Shown here: positions 21,167 through 32,062 of the stretch, in pieces | How positions within the stretch are numbered: the stretch's first letter is position 1 | Layout: every line of letters begins with the position of its first letter | Assembly (NCBI GenBank): GCA_013115125.1 | Contig: JABANN010000052.1 | Coordinates: 62,001-97,359, forward strand | Length of the DNA: 35,359 bases | Reading direction: 5' to 3' | Source of the DNA: Perkinsus olseni | Taxonomy: Eukaryota | The notes under the pieces: generated by a model | The model's input: the letters and a program-made list of their open reading frames with translations, nothing else | Databases searched by the model: none | Told to the model about the DNA's origin: nothing | Program-made: the position numbers and the translations under genes

Positions 21167-22579
21167 TTATTTGACATCCTTGGGAGTGGTAGCAACACAC
21201 TTACCGAGCATGACAACACCGTTACCCTCCATGATGGCAACACGAGAGAGACCCTCGCAGTGCTTGAAGGTATCAACGACAAGGTGCTGCATGGGCTCGA
21301 AGACGACCTCGGCCATCTCGTTGGACTTAAGGGAGTGGGGATCCTCCATCTTCTTGCCACCGGTCTCCTTACCGACCTTCCAGTTGATCTTAGCGAGCTT
21401 GCAAGCGGAGCGGCCAGTACGCACGAAGGCAATGGGGGAGTAACCAACCTTGATCTCACCGGGGACATCCAAGATCTGGACCTGGGCGGTGAAATTGGCA
21501 ATATGGTGGAGCGTCTTATCGGCCTTGGAGATCATGCAGTCACCAACACGGGGCATGTTATCCTTATTGAGGCCCTTGACGTTAAGGCCGACGTTGTCAC
21601 CGGGATAGGCCTCTTGCTCACGCTTGTGATGCATCTCGATGGTGAAGACCTTACCGCCGCAAGGGGTAGCGGGGGTATGAGTGGGCATGAAGAGGACATC
21701 CTCGTTGGGCTTGACAACACCCTGCTCAACACGGCCAGTGAGAACATCACCGACACCCTTGATCTTGTAGATACCAGAGAGAGGGACACGCACGGGAGCA
21801 TCAGTGACACGCTTCGGGACAGTAGCGAACTTCTCGAGAGCATCGTACAAGGTCTCAACGTGGATCTTCTCCTCATCCTTGACGGTACGCTGGACGTCCA
21901 TTCCCTTCCACCAGGGCATCTTGTCGGACTTCTTGATGAGGTTATCACCGACCCAGCCGGAGATGGGGAGGATGGGGACGCACTTCTCAACGAAGTCCTT
22001 CTTCCAGCCGACACGACCGAGCATGTTCTTCATCTCATCACGGATCTCATGATAACGAGACTCCTTGTAGCCGGCGACATCGGAATCCATCTTGTTGACA
22101 CCGACGATCAACTGCTTGACGCCCAACAAGTTGATAAGACGAGCGTGCTGACGGGTCTGGCCCTGGATCTCACCAGCCTTGTGGTTACCACGGGCAATGG
22201 CGGTACCGAAGTTGCCATCAGCGGGAACCATAAGAAGGGCGACATCAGCCTGAGAGGCACCGGTGATCATGTTCTTGATGAAATCCCTATGGCCGGGGGC
22301 ATCAATGACGGTGTAATGCCAAGTCTCAGTGAAGAACTCCTTGGTAGTGCAGGCAATGGTGACACCACGCTCACGCTCCTCCTTCTGGCGATCCATATAG
22401 AAGGCGAAGGCGAAGGAGGACTTGCCAAGACGGTCGGCCTCAGCCTTGAGCTTCTCCATCTCTCTCTCGGAGACACCGCCGAGCTCGAACAACAAACGAC
22501 CGGTGGTGGTCGACTTACCGGAATCGACGTGACCGCAGATCACGATGGACATATGAGTCTTCTCTCCAGTGGCAGCCAT
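21167..22579 (-). CDS. EFL: Elongation factor-like GTPase EFL, copy A (470 aa, intronless)
   Basis: HMSIVICGHVDSGKSTTTGRLLFELGG, SSFAFAFYMDRQKEERERGVTIACTTKEFFT and the insertion GNHKAGEIQGQTRQHA distinguish EFL from canonical EF-1alpha. DAPGH and NKMD G-motifs are present. The ATG at 22579 is placed by alignment with copy B. Confidence 0.96.
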   Translation of the reverse strand: MAATGEKTHMSIVICGHVDSGKSTTTGRLLFELGGVSEREMEKLKAEADRLGKSSFAFAFYMDRQKEERERGVTIACTTKEFFTETWHYTVIDAPGHRDFIKNMITGASQADVALLMVPADGNFGTAIARGNHKAGEIQGQTRQHARLINLLGVKQLIVGVNKMDSDVAGYKESRYHEIRDEMKNMLGRVGWKKDFVEKCVPILPISGWVGDNLIKKSDKMPWWKGMDVQRTVKDEEKIHVETLYDALEKFATVPKRVTDAPVRVPLSGIYKIKGVGDVLTGRVEQGVVKPNEDVLFMPTHTPATPCGGKVFTIEMHHKREQEAYPGDNVGLNVKGLNKDNMPRVGDCMISKADKTLHHIANFTAQVQILDVPGEIKVGYSPIAFVRTGRSACKLAKINWKVGKETGGKKMEDPHSLKSNEMAEVVFEPMQHLVVDTFKHCEGLSRVAIMEGNGVVMLGKCVATTPKDVK

Positions 22580-24309
22580 AGTTGTAGGGCTTTTTGAGAA
22601 AAAAATCTCCAATCAAACTGAGAAAAACGTGATGATCACGAGCTAAGGACAGAGACCGAGCAACAAAATACCCGTCGCTGTTGTCACTCTTGGATTTGCT
22701 AACTTGACAAGTTTGTAAACATCGAAGGAACCACGAATTCAATGACCACCCACAGAGCCACAGTTACAATCGTTAAGCGTAGCTAAAGAATCATCTGAAG
22801 CCAAAGCAAGCTGCTCCATTGCACTTTTCTGATCGATTGTTCATTCGATACCATGAGCTTATTGGGGACAATCTTTGTGTGTACAGCTTGGGGACAACCC
22901 TGGGCTGCAGTAACACAACTCATCTCTCTATCCTCGTACAAGCCACGTAGAATACAGGCTTCCCGCAGGATCTTCGTGAGGTGGGGTGCTACCGAGACCG
23001 ATTAGAGGAAGGACTGTTGAGTTTGTTGGATGCCCTCGTTATGCTCGTCGTGTTGTAAGGGTCGAGCTACAGCATCGGGGCGGACGTTTCTGGATTTCGG
23101 GGATGGTCAGCAATGGTGACTCGCGATTGGACGAGCGGCTCCGCATCCGTTACCTGGCCCGGGGTCGTGGCTGCGAGAAGACGTCCGGGTCCTCGGCCAC
23201 GAGTTGTTTTGTTTTTGGGAAGCCTTGCGAAACTTCACTGCTGGTTCATCAGCTGTATAGTTTTCCGGAAATCTCTTCGGGTATCTCGCGGGCACGATTC
23301 ACGTGTATCTTGGACCGGGCGAAGTATGTTTTTTGTTGCTTCTTACATATTGAGTTCCGAAGAGGTTTATCCGTTGCGGCATTGCATACACGCTCCTCGC
23401 GGATCAATTGAGTCGTCTAAATGGTAGTATTGGCATTTGAATGGCGCTGTTGCATTACGATACGACTTGGAGGTCTGTTGGTTCAAGAATTAGAGCGGGC
23501 GCGATAACCTGACGTTATCACGAACCCGGTTAATTAATTCAAGGGCGGGGTCCGACGACGTTAACGCAGTAAAGCGCGGACCACCGTTATGTAGTTCACG
23601 ATCATACGCGGAGGCTCCGCGGCAAAGGCCGAGGCTTTTTGCTATGTTTTTTCGGTTTTGCACTGATCTCTTGCCAACATTCACCATTCCAGAATCAATC
23701 GTAAGATGTTGCGCTGAATAGCGACGTCATGATTGGGAGAAGAGCACCCCGGTGCAATGATTCGTTCCTGCTACGTGCAGCCTGCACTTGGACCAAATCA
23801 GCAATGGCTGCTGCACTATCAACGCAGAAATATAGGAGTGTATTGATCAGACTCTGAAAAAGTATCCACATCGGCGACCGAGGCTTGCGGGGGTTCAACC
23901 GCAACAACACGATCGCTCGGAATTGGTATTCATAAGATCATCATGTCATTCGCACTGCGAATTTCGCAGTAGAAAAGCTGTATGCCCCGAATTCACTGAA
24001 CCCTCAAAAAGCTCCGGACTGAGCTGAGTGCACAGATAACCCTTCAGGACATATGTTGTTGCAGTTGGCACAACTGGCACAGCCATGTGGTGTGATGCTG
24101 ACAGCTGTCAAATAACTGCGACCCTGAGACCGGTCCAACTATTGATTGACTAACCAGACACTATCTTTCTGGCGGTTTTCCGTTGAAAGAACCCTGGTTT
24201 ATAATAAGCGAGACGTGTCATCACCTACGTAACCACGAGAATCTTTCTCATAGCTGCTAGACAATGTGGAACTTTTTTACTGGTAATCAACTGATTCACG
24301 TAATAGTCC

Positions 24310-25722
24310 TTACTTGACCTCCTTGGCGGTGGTACCAACGCACTTACCGAGCATAACAACACCGTTACCCTCCATAAGAGCAACACGAGAGAGACCCTCG
24401 CAGTGCTTGAAGGAGTCGACGACAAGGTGCTGAAGGGGCTCGAAGACGACCTCGGCCATCTCGTTGGACTTAAGGGAGTGGGGATCCTCCATCTTCTTGC
24501 CACCGGTCTCCTTACCGACCTTCCAGTTGATCTTGGTAAGCTTGCAAGCGGAACGGCCAGTACGGACGAAGGCAATGGGGGAGTAACCAACCTTGATCTC
24601 ACCGGGGACATCCAAGATCTGGACCTGGGCGGTGAAGGAACCAACGTGCTGGAGAGTCTTATCGGCCTTGGAGATCATGCAGTCACCAACACGGGGCATG
24701 TTGTCCTTATTGAGGCCCTTGACGTTAAGGCCAACGTTGTCACCGGGGAGAGCCTGCTCCTCACGCTTGTGATGCATCTCGATGGTGAAGACCTTACCGC
24801 CGCAAGGAGTAGCGGGGGTATGAGTGGGCATGAAGAGGACATCCTCGTTGGGCTTGACGATACCCTGCTCAACACGGCCAGTGAGAACATCACCGACACC
24901 CTTGATCTTGTAGATACCGGAGAGGGGAACACGCATGGGGGCGTCGGTAACACGCTCGGGGACGGTGGCGAACTTCTCGAGAGCATCGTACAAGGTCTCA
25001 ACGTGGATCTTCTCCTCATCCTTGACGGTACGCTGGACGTCCATTCCCTTCCACCAGGGCATCTTGTCGGACTTCTTGATGAGGTTATCACCGACCCAGC
25101 CGGAGATGGGGAGGATGGGGACGCACTTCTCAACGAAGTCCTTCTTCCAGCCGACACGGCCGAGCATGTTCTTCATCTCATCACGGATCTCATGATAACG
25201 AGACTCCTTGTAGCCGGCGACATCGGAATCCATCTTGTTGACACCGACGATCAACTGCTTGACGCCCAACAAGTTGATAAGACGAGCGTGCTGACGGGTC
25301 TGGCCCTGGATCTCACCAGCCTTGTGGTTACCACGGGCAATGGCGGTACCGAAGTTGCCATCAGCGGGAACCATAAGAAGGGCGACATCAGCCTGAGAGG
25401 CACCGGTGATCATGTTCTTGATGAAATCCCTATGGCCGGGGGCATCAATGACGGTGTAATGCCAAGTCTCAGTGAAGAACTCCTTGGTAGTGCAGGCGAT
25501 GGTGACACCACGCTCACGCTCCTCCTTCTGGCGATCCATATAGAAGGCGAAGGCGAAGGAGGACTTGCCAAGACGGTCGGCCTCAGCCTTGAGCTTCTCC
25601 ATCTCTCTCTCGGAGACACCGCCGAGCTCGAACAACAAACGACCGGTGGTGGTCGACTTGCCGGAATCGACGTGACCGCAGATCACGATGGACATATGAG
25701 TCTTCTCTCCAGTGGCAGCCAT
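24310..25722 (-). CDS. EFL: Elongation factor-like GTPase EFL, copy B (470 aa, intronless)
   Basis: Same EFL signatures. The 1413-nt CDS is collinear with copy A at an offset of 3143 nt. Confidence 0.96.
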   Translation of the reverse strand: MAATGEKTHMSIVICGHVDSGKSTTTGRLLFELGGVSEREMEKLKAEADRLGKSSFAFAFYMDRQKEERERGVTIACTTKEFFTETWHYTVIDAPGHRDFIKNMITGASQADVALLMVPADGNFGTAIARGNHKAGEIQGQTRQHARLINLLGVKQLIVGVNKMDSDVAGYKESRYHEIRDEMKNMLGRVGWKKDFVEKCVPILPISGWVGDNLIKKSDKMPWWKGMDVQRTVKDEEKIHVETLYDALEKFATVPERVTDAPMRVPLSGIYKIKGVGDVLTGRVEQGIVKPNEDVLFMPTHTPATPCGGKVFTIEMHHKREEQALPGDNVGLNVKGLNKDNMPRVGDCMISKADKTLQHVGSFTAQVQILDVPGEIKVGYSPIAFVRTGRSACKLTKINWKVGKETGGKKMEDPHSLKSNEMAEVVFEPLQHLVVDSFKHCEGLSRVALMEGNGVVMLGKCVGTTAKEVK

Positions 25723-26817
25723 GGTTTTGCGCGGAAAACGTGTAAAGCCTGCAAGAGAAACACATTATTCTCCGCTTACGAAGTCCCAAGGGCAGCGCGA
25801 CTTTACTCTCCTCTATCCTCGGGAGGGCTCCTATTTAAGCTCAGTTTGGTGATTCGGCTGCCCTCTCGTTGCTATAGCAAAATCGATCACGCTTTGTGCA
25901 CGCGTTCAAAAATCGGCGCATCTTCTTTGTGTCGCCGCGTCTACCTTTCGAGCGTGGCTACCTCGCTTATTCTCAGCACGCTAAGTTGTTTCTTCCATTC
26001 TTATCATTCCAAAACTAACAGGTAATCTTGCCATACTACTTCCCTTAGTATTTCTGAGTCAGAAAACCCTTTGAGATCTTTGGCCTTGTGAACTCTCTCA
26101 TTAACTCCATGTTGCCCAAACGACTCTTGTGGAGGGGAAACCACCTTTCGAACTAATCCCTCACAAGCGTCCTTAATCGTCGCCTCCTACACCTGTCGTT
26201 CGGATTGACTTATAGCTCAACAACAGTTCCCATAGATGAATATCAACCTTCAGCAAGTTGTAAAAAGTTCTTTAGTGCCCTCGCTGAAGTAGGCATACAG
26301 CTTTGTGTCGACTGCAGCTCCTATTGATATCTTCGCAAAGATTGTGTTCACATTTGCACAAAAGATTATCCTAGCCATGAGAGTGGTGCACGTCGAAATT
26401 TCCTCAGACTTGTGTAGAAGATGCTGGAGGCGGTGGCTGGTATAAGGGGAGATGCGAAAATTTAGATCGGTCTTCAGGAACTTTCCAAGGAATTCGTCTG
26501 GAATCTAGGTGTCTGCGAGTTAGCTTGGGGACATGTTGTGCAATACGGTCGAGCCAATGTACTAGAGTCTGCGAGGGAGTGGTTCCTCTCGCGCTTCTTA
26601 GTTACGGATTGGCGAGGGTTGAGTCTGCGTCCTGTGAGGTGAATAGGAGAATAATATTCGCTGTGTGGTAGTTACGCTTGGTGGATTAAGCGCTGAGCAT
26701 ACAAGCTAGTCATGTAATGTAGTAATCTTCATTGGAAGGCTGCGTATAGTTGAAGCTATGTACTGCCCAGTGGGAGCCTAGGGATATCTCTTTAGGTGTT
26801 GGCTGTTGTTTTCCGCT

Positions 26818-29800
26818 ATGTCCCTCAGGCAGCTGCTCCGGCTACTTTTGGCCGTATCACTGGTAGTACAGACGGGAGTGTGTAGGCCGCTCTCAGCCCC
26901 CCTTTTGAGCTCGCCATTTCGCGTATGGACCTTTTGGAGCATGAACTTTGCTAATCGAGTTGCCAGAACTAGAGGTCGAAGCGCCGTGGTGCCCAGGAAA
27001 GCGCCGAGCTTGTTCGCATATTTGACGATTTTGCATAACCTTGCGTCGTTGAAATCACGCTTGCAACGCCCGCAGTCCAAGAAGTTCTAGGGGATCGTGT
27101 CTCAGGCTACAATGACTAGCGGGGCTGCCGAGAGGCAGGACGGTCGCGGAGAGGCTAAACCGGATAAATTCCCTTTCTTCGTTCCTGTTCAAGTGGTAAA
27201 GCCTTCCAAGGACCATAATAACCTACAGGTAGTTGTCGGAGGCATCCATTCATCGCCGATGCCCTCGAGCTCTCGCTGTGACGATAGGTTGTCCCCGAGT
27301 CCATCAACCTCCTCCGATCCGCATCACAACGTCGTCCCATCTCCGTGATATCGGTCGTTGGACCATACCATTCCGGCAAGAGTTTCCTTCTCAACTCTCT
27401 GCTACAAAAACCATCTACATTCTCTGTCGGTAATACAATCAGCAACCCGCCGGTTCTGAACCATCGTGAATGCACAACCTTTTCGAGTCGCCGTGGTGTT
27501 CAGGACCGAAGACCTCCCCACAGACCCTAGGCATCTGGATGTGCCGTACAGACCTGAGTGCACCAGATGGGTCCGAGATATGGCTCATGGACTCTGAGGG
27601 GTTCTTCGGCCCCCAGGTAGTCTATGGTGGCAACTATCCTTCGCTTGAAGAGCATTCTCTCTGGAGTAGGTCACCGAAACCTACGACGCCAAGATCTTCA
27701 CAGTCGCCACCCTGCTTGGCAGCCATCTGGTCTATAACACCGTCAAAGTCATTGATCAGCAGGCGGTCAATCTCTTAGGTCGGAATTCGTAAACTCAACT
27801 GTCCGGTGTGGTTATCTCTTTTTTCAGAGATGCTGGCTCGCCGTGCCCAGCTTTTCCGAGTGCGTTCACTGGCCCCATCGGCGGGAGTGGAAGAGGGCGC
27901 AGAGAGTACCGCAGATGCCTCTAGTGATATCCCCGCTTTCCTATCGGCCAAGAGCTTCCCTCCTCTCACTTGGTACAGTCTTTACAAGGATTCCGCTGTC
28001 GACTTATTGTGGTTACTCCTCGTCAGGGTGGTGGAAGACTTCGTACAGGACATGGCCGCATCACAAGGTGGTGCCTCACAAGCCATGAACGAGTCTGCCA
28101 TCGCGACGGAGTGGCTCAAATCGTACTAGGGGCAGCAGTCAGCTTAGTCGCTCAACATGACCTGCCATTTTACCTTTTTCGGCAGGTACCTGACCGAAGA
28201 TAGCAAACGTTTCGACGACTCCGATGGTAATATAGGGGCGACTGGTCTGCGCGTCACTCCTGTGAAGCAAACAATTGCTTCACGCCTGCTAGCAGCCTGA
28301 GTACTGTCTGGGCCGCCTTGTATTGATCGGGTTTCATCATCTATAAGGACGAACTCTCGTCTTATCTTTTGTGTGCGGTGACGATCGACAAATCTCGAGA
28401 GCCCTGTTAGTTTCTCTCTGAAACACACCGCGTGATCCTTACACGTGTCTCAGACACGTACGAGGAGTCCGACCGCACCTATCTAGCTCGCCTCTTCCCC
28501 TCCCTCACCGTCCACACACTATTCTTACCTGCCACTAGCAAGTCACAGCTCAAGGACCTCAGCCAGTAATGAAGCTAGAAGCTGGAGTACTGCTGAAACG
28601 AGATCCGTCTTGATCAGGCTTAGCTGGCCTGAACTGACCGACGAGTTCCGGAATGAAGTCACGGCTTTGCGTGGGGAGCTTTTTACAACTGTCCGCTCTA
28701 AGGTAAGTAGAGAGGGAATTCGGTCCCGGTGTGCTCCAGCTGGCCTGCTCCCTGGGGTACAGGCTCGGATTTTCGTCGAATAGCTAAACTTCAGAGGCAG
28801 ATGAGATAACGTAGATCCGATTATTGAGAGGTCTGATACTTGAACTGGCCACCTAGTGAACAGCGGAACAGACTTCTACCGTTACGCTACCCCCACCGCT
28901 CTTTTTCAGGAGCTCTACGACAGATCGTCTGAGGATGATGTTCTGTCATCCCCCGAGGACGGCATGATGACCGCTGAAGGCTTCGCCAGTGCTCTCAACT
29001 TCATCGTCAAAGCATTGCAGAAGGGTAGTAGGGTAATCGGTCCTCGATTGGTTACTGGGCGTCATTAGTGTAGCGGAAGACACGGTACTACGGGGGTGTT
29101 CACTGGACCCCTTTTTGAAATTTTGGGGCGCTCCCAGGATTGACTTGTGAAAGACGATCCTAGGAGGCTCCCAAGTTCCAGAAGCTCAACTCCTGCTAGG
29201 AGCGCTGTTGAACTTCTCGAGATGTCTATTTCTGAACACGTGTTACAGCTTGGGGACCTCTGACGGACTCGTCCGCTGCGCAGGTTTCTTCCCGGAGTTG
29301 CCTTCCCTTTGGGCGTCATGGAGAGCTCAGGTTGGAGAGGTGTCGTTGAAGGATTCGTAATACCACCCACTGGCTACTGTATCGGTGGTGCATCACCGTA
29401 TCGAGTAGATACGACCTGTTCGAAACCACACTGAGTGAGGGGGTATCTCCCCACCCAACGGGGGAAGCCGTGACTGCTGCTGAGTTCGACAGGGCTTCGA
29501 GGAACGCTCGAGACAAGGCTGTTGAATTCTATACCAACCTGGTGCCGCATCGGCCCTAGACGGCGCTGGCTTCGCCATTGAGTGATTCTCAGGTCGCCGA
29601 CTTCGGTCTCCCAACGCGCAATGGGGATCTCGAGACGAAGATGCGCAACTCGCAAAGGTGGGGCTCGGGGCTTCTCGAGGTGGGGTGAGTACCGTGGTTC
29701 AGGAAAGCGCACGCCCTGTGGCTGGAGCAAGTTCAGAATTACATCACTCGCATCCGATCCGATTTGGTGGCGGATATTGAGCAGAGGCTCTTCAACGTAG

Positions 29801-31827
29801 TAGCTGTCGGTTTTCTGAGGGTTCTCCCTTCCATGCTCTATATGAGGGGCGGCTGGGATGCATCATGCATGTAGCTCGACGCGTCGTGGATGTTCAGGTA
29901 TCGCTGCCCTGCGAGCCTGATACTCTCGAGCAGATCGGGAAGGAAGCGACCAGTACGGAGGTCATCAGGTGCGGCCAATGTCCTCAGGAACCCCGCGGTT
30001 GATTTGAGTGGATGATCAGATACAAGGAAATACTGAAGGAGTACGAACAGCAGCCCCCACAGAAGAGGCTACTCTCGAGCGATTGGGTGGGTTGGTGGAT
30101 GATGCCAAGAGCGTTGTGGATGTGTCCGTGTTCAGATGGTCGGCCAGTTGCCGAAGTTCGACGAGAACCCGGTCCAAGAGCTGGTCAAGAGTGCGGATGC
30201 GTTGCTGGTGCGGTTCAAGTACGAGAACGATAGGTACTAAGGGAAGCGGCAGTGATTCCGTGGCGCAGCGGTCATCACCTTCAGGGCGATCTCTAATTTG
30301 ATCCGAGTGGCTTTGGAGTCAAGCATAAATACCTGTGATGCGGCCGTTGACGAGGCCAACACTAAGCTGGTTGGAGACGCGGTCCTGCAAGACTGGGCGA
30401 AGGGTGTTATGGCTGAGACCACCGACTCCTTCACTAAAAAGTGCACCCGAGAGTAGGCGGAGCGAAGCAAGAGCATCTTCGTAGATAGTCCCATGGCAGA
30501 CGATCGATGGTTCTCGTCACCTGTTCTCTTTGCAGGAGGCGTATCGTCCTCGAGAGCGGCTTCTTTGTCGTCTGGCAGTAATATCGGTTATGTTCAGGTA
30601 TCCGTGGATTGCCTCCCAGCCAGAGTTCCGTTCGAACAAGGCCCTACTTATACAGGAGGTGAAGGATCGTATCGACACTTGCACGTCGAGGCATGCAGTG
30701 AGGCTGGCTGAACACTTGAGGCAGGAGGTAGTACAGAGAGGAGGAAGGGGATTATCTCCAGCAGTAGAGAAGGGATGCTCGCTCGCGCAAGAGCCGTCGT
30801 CACCATATATTCCGAATCGGATTGGAACAAACTGTTCTGAACCCAACATGGTGCATCCGAAACTATGCGACCACCACACCGGCACGGAGCGGTATCACGG
30901 ATATGCACACACTGCTGCTTATGATGCAATATGGCCGTATCATACTCCTCATTGCCTCTAGCCGTCGACCCCTACGACTTGTCTCTTCGCGTCATCACTC
31001 GCTCGCGATGGTCTCAGGTTGAGATATTAATGGGGGAGTACAGAGCGGAGAAGAGAAAGCTCGAGATGACTGCCTTGCCTGCTGATGAGGCTGTCCTCAG
31101 AAGGGAGCACACCGCCATCACCCAAGACGTACTGGACCGATTCGACAACGACGAGGAAGCGTAGGAGACGCATTCCTGGTTCGGCGAAGGCCTGTCATCA
31201 CGTCCGTAGGGTCGCCGACTCGGCCGCTTCCAAGGACTTCCGCTCGCAATTGGACCACAATATGGGGGCGGAGTGGGACAGACTGCGGAAGAAGAACATC
31301 GAGTTGTGGAAGGTCCACTCAGATGACGCCACCGCCTGTGCTCTGGAGATGAACCAGAAGTGAGTGGAGCTCACCAGCCGTGCATTCGCTGGAGCGTTGT
31401 TATCAGGTACGTGAAGGAGTCGTGCCCCCAGGGGTGGATGTGCCTTTTCAAGCTGTGGCCGAGCGCTCATGCGGCTCGCGTGAAGGCTAACTTGGACGAG
31501 TGTTTCGACACTAAGGTGGGCTACTCCTCGGCTTTACTGTCCGTACCTCGCTCCGCTGTGCAGTCGAGTGTGAAGATGCCGATATCGATGCGTCAAGCCG
31601 TGTTCGATAGTTGGTATGAAAAGGAGCTCGGCAAGGAGGCGGCTGAGGTAGGTGACTCCTGGGCAAGGAAGGTAGCTCTTTTGGCAATCTCATCAACACG
31701 CAACTCGTACCACTTTCGCGGCCTTTTTTATTATTTTTTTCAGGTGCGACAGAATTTGATGGTATTCCTCTTCACTTTGACTCTGCCCGTCGTTTGGATA
31801 AGCTGGCTGAGCACTAGGTCTCGGTGA
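26818..31827 (+). CDS. Guanylate-binding protein/atlastin-superfamily large GTPase, many exons, predicted N-terminal signal peptide and C-terminal TM helix
   Basis: Spliced exons give PVQVVKPSKDHNNLQ|VVPESINLL...ISVVGPYHSGKSFLLNSL (G1, 27360-27383), PQTLGIWM (G2), LMDSEGFFG (G3), YDAKIFTVATLLGSHLVYN, FPPLTW|VVEDF (G4) and TLFLPA. A long helical stalk follows, and the last exon is VRQNLMVFLFTLTLPVVWISWLSTRSR*. The first exon (26818-26862) is inferred. Confidence 0.88.
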
Positions 31828-32062
31828 TGATTATGGTGATTAGTAGAATAATGCCAATCAAACGCAGAAGACTTCCCTAGACTAGCCAATAATAATATGC
31901 AACATTAACGGGCTTCTTCTGTGCGACGAAAGATGACGCTCGAAATTATACGCGGAGTTTCAACTGGAAGATGACTTTTGTTACGTTGGGAGCTCACGAG
32001 ATCCGCTGGTGAGGCTTCCGGAATGCTCTGCAGTTCATTTTTCATTTTCATAGTCTTTTTCA

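Noticed and set aside
22580-22612. 11-aa N-terminal extension of EFL copy A in the ORF track
   Set aside because: It starts at TTG, is absent from copy B, and looks like 5' UTR.
22986-23427. 141-aa and 104-aa ORFs in the EFL spacer as a possible transposon fragment
   Set aside because: No reverse transcriptase, integrase or transposase motifs, and no terminal repeats seen.
21260-26025. Long antisense ORFs (445 aa at 21260-22597 and 540 aa at 24403-26025) opposite the EFL genes
   Set aside because: They are codon-aligned shadows of strongly biased, highly expressed genes. Avoidance of TTA, CTA and TCA removes antisense stops. They have no independent motifs.
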